Source: Candidatus Nomurabacteria bacterium
GTDB taxonomy: Bacteria > Patescibacteriota > Minisyncoccia > Phycocordibacterales > SBAW01
Direction of reading: 5' to 3'
Assembly: GCA_943349675.1 (NCBI GenBank)
Contig: CALQZN010000001.1
Coordinates: 1 to 57,962 of the forward strand
Length of the DNA stretch: 57,962 nt
In this document: in pieces, positions 1 to 12,774 of the stretch
How the letters are laid out: every line of letters starts with the position of its first letter
Numbering within the stretch: position 1 is the first letter of the stretch
The notes under the pieces: generated by a model
Databases searched by the model: none
Seen by the model: only the letters and a program-made list of their open reading frames with translations
What the model was told of the DNA's origin: nothing
Made by a program: the position numbers and the translations under genes

Positions 1-455
1 TAGACCATGCACCCCAAAAAATGCCGAGCATACCACTCACCCACGCAGTGCGTTTAAAAGAATGCGTCAGGGCTTGTTGCAGCACATACCAACCAAGCAC
101 CACAGAAATGATGGCGTGCCACGCAAGCCCTGTCCACGAAATAGTAAACGGGAAAGGGATCCCTTCTGCACCAAAAAGAGTCATCGCAAACACACCTTCA
201 ACAAGCCAGCCAAAAAACGCGCCAATTAAAAATATGGCCCATATGCTCCGCGCCTTATACTCTTGCATCAAAATAAGACAGATATACGCCGCGACTGTAT
301 ATACCGCCCATGTCGCAAAAAAAGATCCAAACGTATCTTCCCCCTCTCGCCAAAACGACCAGAACACACGCTCAGAGTAAAAAAAACCAAATATAGCCGG
401 TTGCAATTGCAATAATAAGACGGCCAAAAAAACCATGTACGTTTATAAGTCTCAT
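1..455 (-). CDS. Polytopic membrane protein, truncated by the window edge; 5' end ambiguous (possible frameshift in a T8 run)
   Basis: Hydrophobic frame open from 379 to the window edge (YSERVFWSFWREGEDTFGSFFATWAVY...). ATG at 455 joins it only if the T8 run at 379-386 is T7; an in-frame ATG at 436 is the alternative start. Confidence 0.6.
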
Positions 456-488
456 GGGGTTGTTGTACCAGCAATTTTAGACCCTCTG

Positions 489-603
489 TTCTGGCGGTTA
501 GCTACTCTCCCGCGCGGTAAAGCGCAGTACCATCGCCACTAGCGAGCTTAACTTCCGTGTTCGGAATGAGAACGGGTGTGACCCCACCGTTAAACCACCA
601 GAA
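489..603 (-). rRNA. rrf: 5S rRNA
   Basis: Reverse complement shows 5S motifs (CACACCCGTTCTCATTCCGAACACGGAAGTTAAGC, GATGGTACT, GGGAGAGTAG) and pairing termini. Confidence 0.97.
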
Positions 604-716
604 CATAAGGTCCAAAAGTAAATATGTAGTAACAACAAATTATTGCGATTCTCAAGTCTTTGCCCGCCGCAGTCCCATCCTTTTTACAGGACGAAGGCGG
701 GCTCTCACTCACAAGA

Positions 717-4008
<3,292 letters not shown>

Positions 4009-4010
4009 TT

Positions 4011-4068
4011 CTCTTGTGAGAGAGAAAAGGAGACTTAAGAACCGCAATAATTTGTTGTTATATATTTT
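4011..4068 (-). other. 5' arm of the 23S precursor processing stem (pairs with about 620-659 and 704-717)
   Basis: agacttaagaaccgcaataatttgttgtta is a near-perfect complement of taacaacaaattattgcgattctcaagtct; ctcttgtgag pairs with ctcacaagag. Confidence 0.85.
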
Positions 4069-4170
4069 TCTACAGTTCTAAAATCGCTTTCACGATTTTA
4101 GATTTACCTTGCCCATCTCCACTAAGCTGAAAAGACCCGTATGGGAAATTTCTCAATGGGATGGAATTTG

Positions 4171-4185
4171 TGTTGTCAAAGAAGC
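4171..4185 (-). promoter_or_regulatory. boxA-like antitermination motif in the rRNA leader
   Basis: Minus strand reads GCTTCTTTGACAACA, resembling rrn boxA (GCTCTTTAACA). Confidence 0.6.
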
Positions 4186-4302
4186 TCGCACTCTTCAGAT
4201 TTTTTCCAACAAAAAAGCCGCTTTTGGAAGCGGCGGCGAGCCACAAAGGCCTACCGTCTCTTCTAGGGTTGCTTTAACGTGGTCAACATATCTGTACAAA
4301 GG

Positions 4303-4331
4303 AGTATATAGGAGTATATAAAGGGTGTCAA
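4303..4331 (-). promoter_or_regulatory. Sigma70-type promoter of the 23S-5S unit
   Basis: Minus strand TTGACA-17 bp-TATACT. Confidence 0.85.
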
Positions 4332-4383
4332 ACCTGGGAGCCATGGAGGAAGAGCCCCTCTATTTTGGCCTGTATATACAATA

Positions 4384-4423
4384 AAAAAACCACCCCCAGC
4401 GGTACCGCTGGGGGTGGTTTTTT
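4384..4423 (-). terminator. Intrinsic terminator (perfect 40-bp palindrome)
   Basis: aaaaaaccacccccagcggtaccgctgggggtggtttttt, just downstream of the CDS ending at 4446. Confidence 0.85.
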
Positions 4424-4445
4424 GAGACTCAAAAAGAAGGCGGTA

Positions 4446-5132
4446 TTAACGCTTGTTCTGCATGTCCTCGCGAGTGCGCTCAAGGAAACGTGCTGCCGCA
4501 TCTTGCCCACCCAAACCAAATGCCAAACCAAAGGCAAGTGCGAGCGCTACTACAATACCAGTGAAGAGTGTCTGGAGTACTCCTTGTGCAATTTGGAGTT
4601 GCTCGAGTGCTGCCAAAATTGCAAAGAGCCAAATGGTCCAACGTGCAAGTGTTCCTGCAAAGCCAGCAGCTTTAATACCAGCTGCGCGCGCAGACCCAGC
4701 GACAACACCATATACAACTTCAGCAACAACTGCTGCAACTAAAATAATAAGCGCAGCAACAATCACACTTGGAAGGAAGCTCACGATCTGCTGGATAAAG
4801 AAGGTCACTTGACCGAGGTTAAGTGCATTGAGTGCGGCGATAAGGAAAGCTAGGATGATAAACCATTTCACCAGCATCCCCATAAACATGCCTGCATTCA
4901 ATTTGTAGCCAGCACGATTAACGACAGGTTCAAACCCGGCAGTGCGGAGCGCGTGGTCAACTTTGAGCGCTTTGATAGCCTCTTCGATAACCCACCCAAC
5001 CCACACAGCGATAACCCACCCAACGACAAAAATAATAATAGCGAGCAGAAGGTTCGGAAGAAAATTAACCGTGCTTGCAAGCAAGTCCTCAAACGACTGC
5101 TGCAATACATAGCCCCATTGCTGAAGGATCAT
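4446..5132 (-). CDS. TM_helix-repeat membrane protein (CmpX / mechanosensitive-channel associated)
   Basis: Two 'FLP..(L/I).A..I..(GW)' helix repeats and C-terminal ALAFGLAFGLGGQDAA. Confidence 0.8.
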   Translation of the reverse strand: MILQQWGYVLQQSFEDLLASTVNFLPNLLLAIIIFVVGWVIAVWVGWVIEEAIKALKVDHALRTAGFEPVVNRAGYKLNAGMFMGMLVKWFIILAFLIAALNALNLGQVTFFIQQIVSFLPSVIVAALIILVAAVVAEVVYGVVAGSARAAGIKAAGFAGTLARWTIWLFAILAALEQLQIAQGVLQTLFTGIVVALALAFGLAFGLGGQDAAARFLERTREDMQNKR

Positions 5133-5228
5133 GATATCTAAATACAGTAAACGAATAATAACGAACACTTCTATTGTAGCCCCTCTACCCCGGCTCTTTT
5201 TGGGTCGCTGTGGATAAGGCTAAAGAGC

Positions 5229-5807
5229 CTACTTAGCACTCAAATCAAGCTTGTCGAGCAACACCTTGTGCGGATAATCCAGCACATCCCGCACCAACTT
5301 GTCATTCATATTGGCGCGGTACAAAAAGTCATTGCTTGTAAGCAGCGCATAACGTACTTCCTTCCCTATCTCAGCCTCAAGACCTCGGATGCGCTCGCGC
5401 AACTTACGTTCTTGCATTTTATCCCCCACCACAAACAGGTCCAACCTGTCATCCCAGTGCCCCATAAAAATTCCAGACAACACAACAAACTTCAGTGTCC
5501 CTGTGCCGCGAATGCGCTTTACAATGTCTGCTCCACGAGCGGGCGCGTTGAGTAATAAATTTTGGAGGGCCAGTGTGTATTCAAATTGTGTATTAAGAGC
5601 GTACCGTACACCCTTACCTCTGGTACTGCGTACCGCTAGACCAATGCGACAAAAAAGTTCTACTTCGTGGCGCGCCTCTGTGTCAGACACGCGAGCGCGA
5701 CGTGCAATGTCGCTAAGCAAAAGCGACTGGCGCGGGTTAAACAAAAAAAGTCGGAGGAGTTTTGTCCGGCCAGCTGACCCAAAGAGTTTCTGTAGTTTAT
5801 CAGTCAT
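5229..5807 (-). CDS. Winged HTH plus nucleotidyltransferase-like domain protein
   Basis: N-terminal LFGSAGRTKLLRLFLFNP HTH-like region; C-terminal LSGIF...LDLFVVGD minimal-NTase-like motif. Confidence 0.65.
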   Translation of the reverse strand: MTDKLQKLFGSAGRTKLLRLFLFNPRQSLLLSDIARRARVSDTEARHEVELFCRIGLAVRSTRGKGVRYALNTQFEYTLALQNLLLNAPARGADIVKRIRGTGTLKFVVLSGIFMGHWDDRLDLFVVGDKMQERKLRERIRGLEAEIGKEVRYALLTSNDFLYRANMNDKLVRDVLDYPHKVLLDKLDLSAK

Positions 5808-6160
5808 GCAGTAAATAAAAGTGTTACTTGGCTATTCTATGCAAAATACCGAAGGTGCGCAAAGACACACAAATGTGACAAAAGAAAGTCCCAGAAAAAA
5901 GAAAACCTACTCAAAAAAGAGTAGGCGGGCATAGGAGGGGGTGGTGGATGAAGAAAGAGCAAAAGGTGGAAAGAAGGATGGATGGGTGGGCGGGTGGAGA
6001 TAAAAAGAACTGAAGTTAAAGACAATAGGAAGTGGGGTGAGCGTGTAAAAAACAGAGGCTCGAAGATGTGGGCGCTGGCAGCAACCACAGTAGGTGTAAC
6101 CCTCAGGCCTCCACTGTCAGACTCTACTTAGTACTACTCACCTACACGCAGAAAAGTTAC

Positions 6161-6202
6161 ATACAAAAAAACACCCAGCACATGCCGGGTGTTTTTTTGT
6201 AT
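6161..6202 (-). terminator. Intrinsic terminator of rplJL
   Basis: atacaaaaaaacacccagcacatgccgggtgtttttttgtat hairpin with T tracts. Confidence 0.85.
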
Positions 6203-6210
6203 CAAGGTTT

Positions 6211-6323
6211 AAAGTTGCTTACTTAAGCTCAACCTTGTCACACATAATTTCTTGCTAGAAATTTGCGCGACCCCGCCTCGGCACGACTGCCTCCGGCCGA
6301 AAAGTTGCTTACTTAAGCTCAAC
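6211..6323 (-). repeat. Structured insertion element (copy A) with a 23-bp duplication of the rplL 3' end
   Basis: Direct repeat aaagttgcttacttaagctcaac at 6211-6233 and 6301-6323 flanks a core (6237-6298) homologous to copies at rplK, tRNA-Leu and tRNA-Arg. Confidence 0.85.
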
Positions 6324-6737
6324 TTTTCCTCCTGCAGCTTCAACTGCTTTTTTGAGTGCTTCTGCATCCTCTTTCTTCATTCCTTCTTTAAGGACTGATG
6401 GGACTGCGTCAACAAGGTCTTTTGCTTCTTTAAGTCCAAGTGAAAGCGCGTCTTTAACGGCTTTAATAACCTGCACCTTTGCGGCACCCGCGTCAGTTAG
6501 GTGTGCGTTAAAAGAAGACTTCTCTTCTGCTGCGTCCCCTGCTGCTGCTGGGCCCGCTACGGCAACTGCTGCAGCCGAGACACCCCAATGGCCCTCGAGG
6601 GTTTTAACCAACTCGTGGAGCTCGAGTACCGACATTTTTTCAACTGCACTTACGATATCTTTAAACTTTGCAGGGACCTCTACCTTACTTTCTGCTGCAG
6701 GCTCAGCTGCAACCGGAGCTTCTGTTTCGTCTGCCAT
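6309..6737 (-). CDS. rplL: 50S ribosomal protein bL12 (L7/L12)
   Basis: [11 protein letters not shown]...[11 protein letters not shown]...AGGKVELK. Confidence 0.98.
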   Translation of the reverse strand: MADETEAPVAAEPAAESKVEVPAKFKDIVSAVEKMSVLELHELVKTLEGHWGVSAAAVAVAGPAAAGDAAEEKSSFNAHLTDAGAAKVQVIKAVKDALSLGLKEAKDLVDAVPSVLKEGMKKEDAEALKKAVEAAGGKVELK

Positions 6738-6747
6738 ATTTTTATAA

Positions 6748-7236
6748 TTATTCTCCCTTGTCAGCTTTTGCATTAAGCACTACTGCAAAACGCTGCAACG
6801 GACTATTAATAAGTTGTACAAACTGCGCACGGAGTGTCTGCATTCCAGGGATTGCCGCAATCGCTTTTATCTCGGTTGCATCAACATACTTGCCGCCAAA
6901 TACACCACCAGCAAATGCCAAGTGTTCGGGAAATTTCTTCACAAACACTGCCAACTCACGGGCTGGTGCCAATTCATCGGCACCGTACGCCAAAGCAATC
7001 TCGCCTTCAAGTACTGGTACCTCTCCTTGGAACTTTTGCGCATCAAGCGCGCGCTGCACAAGAGTCTTTTTTGCAACAGTGTAGCCAACCTCGCTTGCAC
7101 GAAGTGCTTTGCGCATTTCGTTCTGCTCGGCAACGGTCAAACCTTTAAACTTGGCAAACACTATGGTTGCCGCGTTTGAAGCGATGCCACTCATCTTCTC
7201 TATAATCTCTACCTTTTTCTCTTTGGTAATTGCCAT
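6748..7236 (-). CDS. rplJ: 50S ribosomal protein uL10
   Basis: [16 protein letters not shown]...VAKKTL; directly upstream of rplL. Confidence 0.96.
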   Translation of the reverse strand: MAITKEKKVEIIEKMSGIASNAATIVFAKFKGLTVAEQNEMRKALRASEVGYTVAKKTLVQRALDAQKFQGEVPVLEGEIALAYGADELAPARELAVFVKKFPEHLAFAGGVFGGKYVDATEIKAIAAIPGMQTLRAQFVQLINSPLQRFAVVLNAKADKGE

Positions 7237-7261
7237 ACCCAAATTCGATCATTATTCTTCT

Positions 7262-7354
7262 GTAGGGCTTGAGTTCGACCTCGACAGGCTGTCCGTTATG
7301 TAATAGTGGACAATTACTTCCCTTTTGGGGAGACCCGCTTTCTTTGGCCCTATG
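7262..7354 (-). ncRNA. L10 leader (rplJL autoregulatory element)
   Basis: Minus strand CCAAAGAAAGCGGG...CCTGTCGAGG inside a TAGGGC/GCCCTA stem upstream of rplJ, matching the kink-turn pattern of L10 leaders. Confidence 0.7.
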
Positions 7355-7363
7355 CAAAGCAGA

Positions 7364-7513
7364 TTATCTTGGGAGCGCTAGGTTGTCAACCGGTCCAGGA
7401 GGCGTAGTTTCCAACTGTGGCGCTACGACAATAATCACCCCAAACGCAAGCGCGAGTATAACCAAAAAACCCAGGGCAAAATGCCGAAACGTTTTTGTAA
7501 AATACCTGTCCAT
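7364..7513 (-). CDS. Small single-TM protein (49 aa)
   Basis: MDRYFTKTFRHFALGFLVILALAFGVIIVV; TAGTAT box 7 nt upstream of the ATG. Confidence 0.55.
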   Translation of the reverse strand: MDRYFTKTFRHFALGFLVILALAFGVIIVVAPQLETTPPGPVDNLALPR

Positions 7514-7526
7514 CCACTCCATACTA

Positions 7527-10046
7527 CTATGGCCCATAGACGAATGGAACAACGCGATACAAATGGCTGGGCGGAGCAAGATGTTCGGCAATGCCTCGTG
7601 TTAAGTACACACTAAACTGAGAAAACAAAGGTTCAGTAGTTACTGCCATAAACATCGGCGTGCCCGCCGCCACAGGCACTTCGTCGCCCATACGTGAGCG
7701 CCTAAACAACACTTCATTTCTGGCATCTTGTGCTTGGTAAAGAGGAGTCGAGCTCCCCTCAACTCCAACATAAAAACCAACACGCCGCGTGACGCTACTC
7801 GCGGCAAAACCAGTATAAAATAGGCATTCAGAAAAAGTGCTCTGTATGTGGTCGCCCGGGCGCACAATGCCTGGACTATCCAAACAACTAAAACCAACCG
7901 AAGGGGCCTGTTTACTGTTTTCTTCAAACGGTGTTCCAAGCACTGTGTTGCCTTCCCTATCTTTGACTGGACTTGCAGCAAAATAATATCCATCGTTACT
8001 TGCCCAACTGTCTACCAACTCTCCCGGAGCTGCCGCGCTTTTACGTTCCATCGACAAATTACTTTTCTCTACACCCCAAGGTGTATAGCGGGTAGTAGAG
8101 CCAACGGCACCACCACACCACCCTTCGCATGCCGACACTGGCGGCGTTTTGTCTAACACTAAAGTGGTAGATCCAACTTCCCAAACCAGCAACAACTCTT
8201 CTCCAGAAGCACTCAGTGGCACAAACGGTACAACCGGCGTATAGCTTGTGCTGGTATATATTTTAGAATTACGAAAAACACCGTCGCTACGTACAAATGT
8301 GTACGTAGGGGCCACCGACACCCTGTGCCCAGTGACAGCAGCAAACGTAGCGTAAAAGTCGCTCATAGGGTTAAGTGGTATGCGCTGCGCATTTTCTCCC
8401 ACCGTCACCAAAGCTATGTGCGCAAAGTCGAGCCAATAGTCGGTGCGGTTTTGAAGCTCCATCCACTGATCTTCCGTCGACGCGTTAGTACCAGCCCACC
8501 CAATTTCACTAATCACCAACGGACGAGTTGCAACAAAAAGTGAGTATGCCGACGACGTTGCAGCAGTACCTGCCGTGTCGTATGCAACTACCCGCACAGT
8601 AGAACTTGCGTTGTCGGCAAGTAAAATTGTCGCCGTATTTACCGTGGCAGTCACCTCTGCGTCCCCCACAAATATTTTATATTGTGCCGCAGCAGGAGGC
8701 GCGCTCCAAACAACATGCACCTCTCTAGTCGGCACGAGACAAAACTCTTTTTTTAAAGAGTATGCACACTCTAGTATTTGTACGACAGGCGGTGTTGTAG
8801 ACGCAGTAAACAGTCCAACGGGGGTCGTAGTCGCCGGCGACAAAGGGGTTGGCTCTTCGCTCGGCGTTGACTGTACCACAGCCGCGGTCTCTTTTTTACT
8901 GTGTCTACTTATGTATCGCATAACGACTGAGTCACCAGTCTCAGTAGAAGGCCCTGTTTGAGACCCAGCAACTCTGCCGCGAAGTGCGGTTGCAACCGCT
9001 GCGCCTTGCCTGTTGGCCTGCAAATCTTTTACATCAGATCCTTCAAGGCTTGACCCGTACAAACTCTTTACCACTTCAAAATCTTTTACACTGTCTTCTG
9101 GACTCCGAGGCTTTGGCGCACTTGCAACCCCAAAAGCACTTTGCACCAGCGCATACCCTTTTTGCACGGCACTCGCAGCAACATTAAACACAACCACCCC
9201 ACCTTGATATGTCAAAACTGCCCCTTCGCGAACAACATAGGCTGTTGGGTCGGCCACTCCAAAAACTATTTGCTGCGTACGGTAGCTAAGCGTTGTTTGG
9301 GGAACAGTAAAACAATCCCCCGCGCTTGTGCCACTTGCTCGGAGCTGCCCCAACCCGTCAGAAATTTCAGAAATTACACGCTCAGGCGCACCTTTCAAAT
9401 ATGCACCAGCAAAAGAGTGCCCAGGAAAGGCACTCTTAAAATCTTCAACAAGCAGTGGCATGTCTGCATTTGGCGGCAGCGGAGGTTTTGCACCAACTTT
9501 ACGCGCAGTGTCGGCCACCAGACGTATCATCAAGTCTTGTTTTGCTGTAATGTATTTGCCACTACCGGCAGTAACTGTGGCAGGGCTGCCGACGTTGTAT
9601 ACACCCAACGATTCTTTGGGCACCCCGTGGCCAAGTAAATAGTCGTACATGGCGTTGGTATAAAACGCCCCTTGGGAATGCCCCACAAGAAATACTTTCC
9701 GCGTCGTAACCTCTGGATGGATTTGTGTGAGTATAGTTTGTAAGTCAAAATCTGTTATAGAGCTGCCAAATATCTGCGCCGCCGCCTGCGCCAAATCCCC
9801 AGCCCCAGCCAAGTGGGTGGGGTTGTAGCCAACACGAACCACCACAGACTCTCCTTTATATTCCGCACCTAGATACCCTTGTAAGGCCTTGGCGTTTGCA
9901 TTTGCTTCGTCTTTAGATTTAAAAATTCCATTTACAAATATCACCGTGTAGTTCTTTTCTGAACAAGATAAAGCGTCCACGCGAAAAGGTAGAAATAAAA
10001 ATATACAGAAAACTATCTTGCTAATGTGTCCACAGAAACGTCGCAT
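7527..10046 (-). CDS. Secreted protein with an alpha/beta-hydrolase (lipase-like) N-domain and a lamin-tail domain
   Basis: Signal peptide, VIFVNGI, GHSQG nucleophile elbow, P/T linker, LTD motif LVISEIGWAG...QWMELQN. Confidence 0.75.
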   Translation of the reverse strand: MRRFCGHISKIVFCIFLFLPFRVDALSCSEKNYTVIFVNGIFKSKDEANANAKALQGYLGAEYKGESVVVRVGYNPTHLAGAGDLAQAAAQIFGSSITDFDLQTILTQIHPEVTTRKVFLVGHSQGAFYTNAMYDYLLGHGVPKESLGVYNVGSPATVTAGSGKYITAKQDLMIRLVADTARKVGAKPPLPPNADMPLLVEDFKSAFPGHSFAGAYLKGAPERVISEISDGLGQLRASGTSAGDCFTVPQTTLSYRTQQIVFGVADPTAYVVREGAVLTYQGGVVVFNVAASAVQKGYALVQSAFGVASAPKPRSPEDSVKDFEVVKSLYGSSLEGSDVKDLQANRQGAAVATALRGRVAGSQTGPSTETGDSVVMRYISRHSKKETAAVVQSTPSEEPTPLSPATTTPVGLFTASTTPPVVQILECAYSLKKEFCLVPTREVHVVWSAPPAAAQYKIFVGDAEVTATVNTATILLADNASSTVRVVAYDTAGTAATSSAYSLFVATRPLVISEIGWAGTNASTEDQWMELQNRTDYWLDFAHIALVTVGENAQRIPLNPMSDFYATFAAVTGHRVSVAPTYTFVRSDGVFRNSKIYTSTSYTPVVPFVPLSASGEELLLVWEVGSTTLVLDKTPPVSACEGWCGGAVGSTTRYTPWGVEKSNLSMERKSAAAPGELVDSWASNDGYYFAASPVKDREGNTVLGTPFEENSKQAPSVGFSCLDSPGIVRPGDHIQSTFSECLFYTGFAASSVTRRVGFYVGVEGSSTPLYQAQDARNEVLFRRSRMGDEVPVAAGTPMFMAVTTEPLFSQFSVYLTRGIAEHLAPPSHLYRVVPFVYGP

Positions 10047-10630
10047 GCGTTTGTATTCACTAACCCGTAACTAGTAGAAAAATCAAATGCTTCTTGTTTT
10101 TTTTCATTCCTAAGGCGTGTATTAAATACCAACCCTTCTACTTCACTTACTCGCTGATCAATAATCTTTCCAAATTCCACCAAATTTTCACGAGGATGCG
10201 TAAGCGAGAGGCAAAAGTTTGCACGCGAGTCTTCCTCAGCAACAGCCTTCCAGGTTTCACTATCAAAAACTTCTGTTAAAAACATTTGTTGCGTAAGGGC
10301 ATACTGCAACTGCGCCGCGCGGACACGAGGGGAGTCGGGGTACTTTTCAAAAATAGCCAACTCTACATCATCCCGAACACCGTTGTTGTTTGCATCAACA
10401 CCTTCCACCGTCGCATCATTTTCTTGTTTGCTGGGTGGGGGAGGGAGGTTATCTCCCAATACGTCCGCCAGAGTAATTTTCTGCGCATGGATGTGTGCAA
10501 CAGCTTGCTGTGTTTTTTCTTCTTCTCCTATAGCCCACACACGATATAGCACCACCGCCACATATGCGGCCCCTAGAATAAAAAGTGGCCAACGCGCCCA
10601 TTGCCAAACTCGTCTAAGCGAGGGCTTCAT
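10013..10630 (-). CDS. Membrane-anchored protein with a Ca-binding-like DANNNGVRDD motif
   Basis: N-terminal TM helix; GVDANNNGVRDDVE; overlaps the hydrolase gene start. Confidence 0.75.
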   Translation of the reverse strand: MKPSLRRVWQWARWPLFILGAAYVAVVLYRVWAIGEEEKTQQAVAHIHAQKITLADVLGDNLPPPPSKQENDATVEGVDANNNGVRDDVELAIFEKYPDSPRVRAAQLQYALTQQMFLTEVFDSETWKAVAEEDSRANFCLSLTHPRENLVEFGKIIDQRVSEVEGLVFNTRLRNEKKQEAFDFSTSYGLVNTNACDVSVDTLAR

Positions 10631-10657
10631 GAACAAACTCTACCACCCCTACCCTGC

Positions 10658-10720
10658 AAAAAGTTATCCACAGTTTTGCTTACAAAGGACTGACCTTCGT
10701 GGGTTCAGGTGTGGATAAGT
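10658..10720. repeat. REP-like palindrome bracketed by inverted DnaA boxes (copy 1)
   Basis: TTATCCACA (10664) - 37 bp containing CTTACAAAGGACTGACCTTCGTGGG - TGTGGATAA (10710). Confidence 0.85.
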
Positions 10721-10749
10721 GGCACAACAGAAAGCGGTATGATTTTGAT

Positions 10750-11442
10750 ATGCGTCGAGATGCCCACTTAGCATCCGGTGAGACTTACCACATTTATAAT
10801 CGTGGCGCTCACAAACAAAGACTTTTTACCTGCAAAGAAGACTACGACCGTTTTTTGTTGCTTTTACATATAACCAATACAACAGAGCCAGTAGACACAC
10901 GAACTCTTTTTGAAAAATACAGAGGAAAACCTTTCGTGAATATATTTACGTCAGAGAAACCGGGAAAAACTCTTGTTGACGTACTAGCATTCTCTCTGCT
11001 GTCTAACCACTTTCATTTAATTTTGCGTCAAAAAGCTGACCACGGCATCAGCACGTTTCTTCGAAAAGTTTTGACCGGATACTCAATGTATTTCAATACA
11101 AAATATACCCACAGCGGTATTTTATCCCAAGGTCCATTTAAAAGTCGGCACATCGACGACCAAACTTACTTTCGTTATATTTTTTCGTATGTACATTTAA
11201 ACCCTCTTGACCGCCTTGAACCTTCTTGGAAGATGGGGGTATTTGCGAATAAAGATGCCGCTATACACTTCCTCAACACCTATAGATATTCAAGTTTTTA
11301 TGATTATTTCGTAGCCGAGAGACCCGAGAGGGCTATTCTTGCATATGATGAGCGGCCAGATTTTCTAAAAACACAAAATGATCTCGAGGAGTTTCTGGCC
11401 TGGTATGCCCCACCGCCTCTTACGAAGATTGGTCTCTTGTAA
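10750..11442 (+). mobile_element. REP-associated tyrosine transposase (RAYT / Y1_Tnp HUH family)
   Basis: YHIYNRG...LF, NHFHLIL (HUH motif), YSMYFNTKY, YVHLNP, YRYSSF. Confidence 0.88.
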
Positions 11443-11450
11443 AACTCTAC

Positions 11451-12086
11451 CTAGCGGGAGCGCTTGATGGAGCGGGTGGAGCCCAAGATTGGCAAGTCGC
11501 CTTTTATTGGAACTGATGCGTTAATTGCCACAACTTCCAGCTGGACCTTTTGCCCTGCTTTTGCTTTTGCAGAAATATTTGCAGCAACCGTAAGCGTGAT
11601 CGATTGCCCAGGAGAGAGAATGATAGCGCTATCTAAATCTACCTGGCTGCCGCTGAGTGATTTTGGAGTACTGGCGGCAGTGTTGGCGCCCACAACCATA
11701 ACACCCTCAACATTAGTGTTTTTGCCTTTTCCTGTTTGCTCGACTGTAATACTGTAAATAGTTGCGGGCGCATTAGTGCTGTTGGTTAAGGCAAAAGTGG
11801 TAAAGGGTACCGCAGAGTCGCCCGGCACTACAGAAGTATTGTCTGGCCGTGTTGCTTCGACAAATGAGAGACTTCCAGAATGGGCGCCGGGCGCCACACC
11901 TGCCGAGCTTCCCATAAGTGCCCGCCACACACCCGCTATAGTTGCATCGTCTGCACCAAAAGAAACCAGCAACAACACTATTGCATTTGCTTGGCCAGGG
12001 GCGAGTGCTGCTTGGGCTGGCACCGCAAAACCACACACCCCTACCAAAAACAGCGCACCTAAAATATGAGAAGTGACGCGTCGCAT
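11451..12086 (-). CDS. Secreted protein sharing an N-terminal module with the S-layer-like protein
   Basis: Signal peptide (AQA), then ALAPGQANAIVLLLVSFGADDATIAGVWRALMG, then a beta-rich domain. Confidence 0.75.
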   Translation of the reverse strand: MRRVTSHILGALFLVGVCGFAVPAQAALAPGQANAIVLLLVSFGADDATIAGVWRALMGSSAGVAPGAHSGSLSFVEATRPDNTSVVPGDSAVPFTTFALTNSTNAPATIYSITVEQTGKGKNTNVEGVMVVGANTAASTPKSLSGSQVDLDSAIILSPGQSITLTVAANISAKAKAGQKVQLEVVAINASVPIKGDLPILGSTRSIKRSR

Positions 12087-12113
12087 ACACCTAGTATACC
12101 AGAGCACTTCTAT

Positions 12114-12737
12114 TTATTTTGTGAACTTAAAAGAAGCCAGGATGGTGCGGTAGGCGTCGAGCGTTGCAGCCTCGTTGGCAACGTTTATTTCGTACCATAC
12201 ACCGTTGCGTTGAATTGGGATAATAAAGAACGAGCAGTCAGGGTCTGTTTTGGTTGGTTTGCAATCTAACCCATCTGGAAACATGTACGCAGTAGCAGCT
12301 TGCCCACCCACCGTCACCGTTTCAGTTTTTGAAGTTTGGTTTTTGATGGTACGCTCTTTACGATTGATAGTTACAGAAAATCTCTGGGGCGAAAACGGCT
12401 TTGTGTCGTGCACACTCACAATAGAGGGCATGTTGTTTTGAGCATCCACCATAGAAGTTTCGGGCTCTAGTACCCAACTGGATGGGTACGCGAAAGAGTA
12501 ACCAAAAGCAGCATTTGTGTACGTTTTTGTATTTGCAGCAGGGGCTGTAGTCGAAGATGGAGCAGGGGCGGCAGTAGACGCCGCACTCGTACTCGTACTC
12601 GCCACTGGAGACGCTTCTGGCACAGTAGCAACCACACCTACGTTATTAGTTGCAGGTTTTTGCATCTTAGCTACGAAGAAAATCCCAAGCCCTAAAACTA
12701 CACACGCTGCAATAACAACCATCGTTTTTTGATTCAT
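12114..12737 (-). CDS. Membrane-anchored PsbP-like surface protein
   Basis: N-terminal TM helix, Ser/Thr/Ala linker, KTYTNAAFGYSFAYPSSW, C-terminal ILASFKF. Confidence 0.7.
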   Translation of the reverse strand: MNQKTMVVIAACVVLGLGIFFVAKMQKPATNNVGVVATVPEASPVASTSTSAASTAAPAPSSTTAPAANTKTYTNAAFGYSFAYPSSWVLEPETSMVDAQNNMPSIVSVHDTKPFSPQRFSVTINRKERTIKNQTSKTETVTVGGQAATAYMFPDGLDCKPTKTDPDCSFFIIPIQRNGVWYEINVANEAATLDAYRTILASFKFTK

Positions 12738-12774
12738 ACCTCCATCCTACCACTTTTGGAAAGGCGTGCTTTGT

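Noticed and set aside
5837..6088. 83-aa minus-strand ORF
   Set aside because: Its F/L/P/S-rich composition simply reflects the pyrimidine tract; no other support.
10750..11442. IS200/IS605 element with TnpB
   Set aside because: No tnpB is adjacent, and the length and motifs fit a RAYT rather than a short IS200 TnpA.
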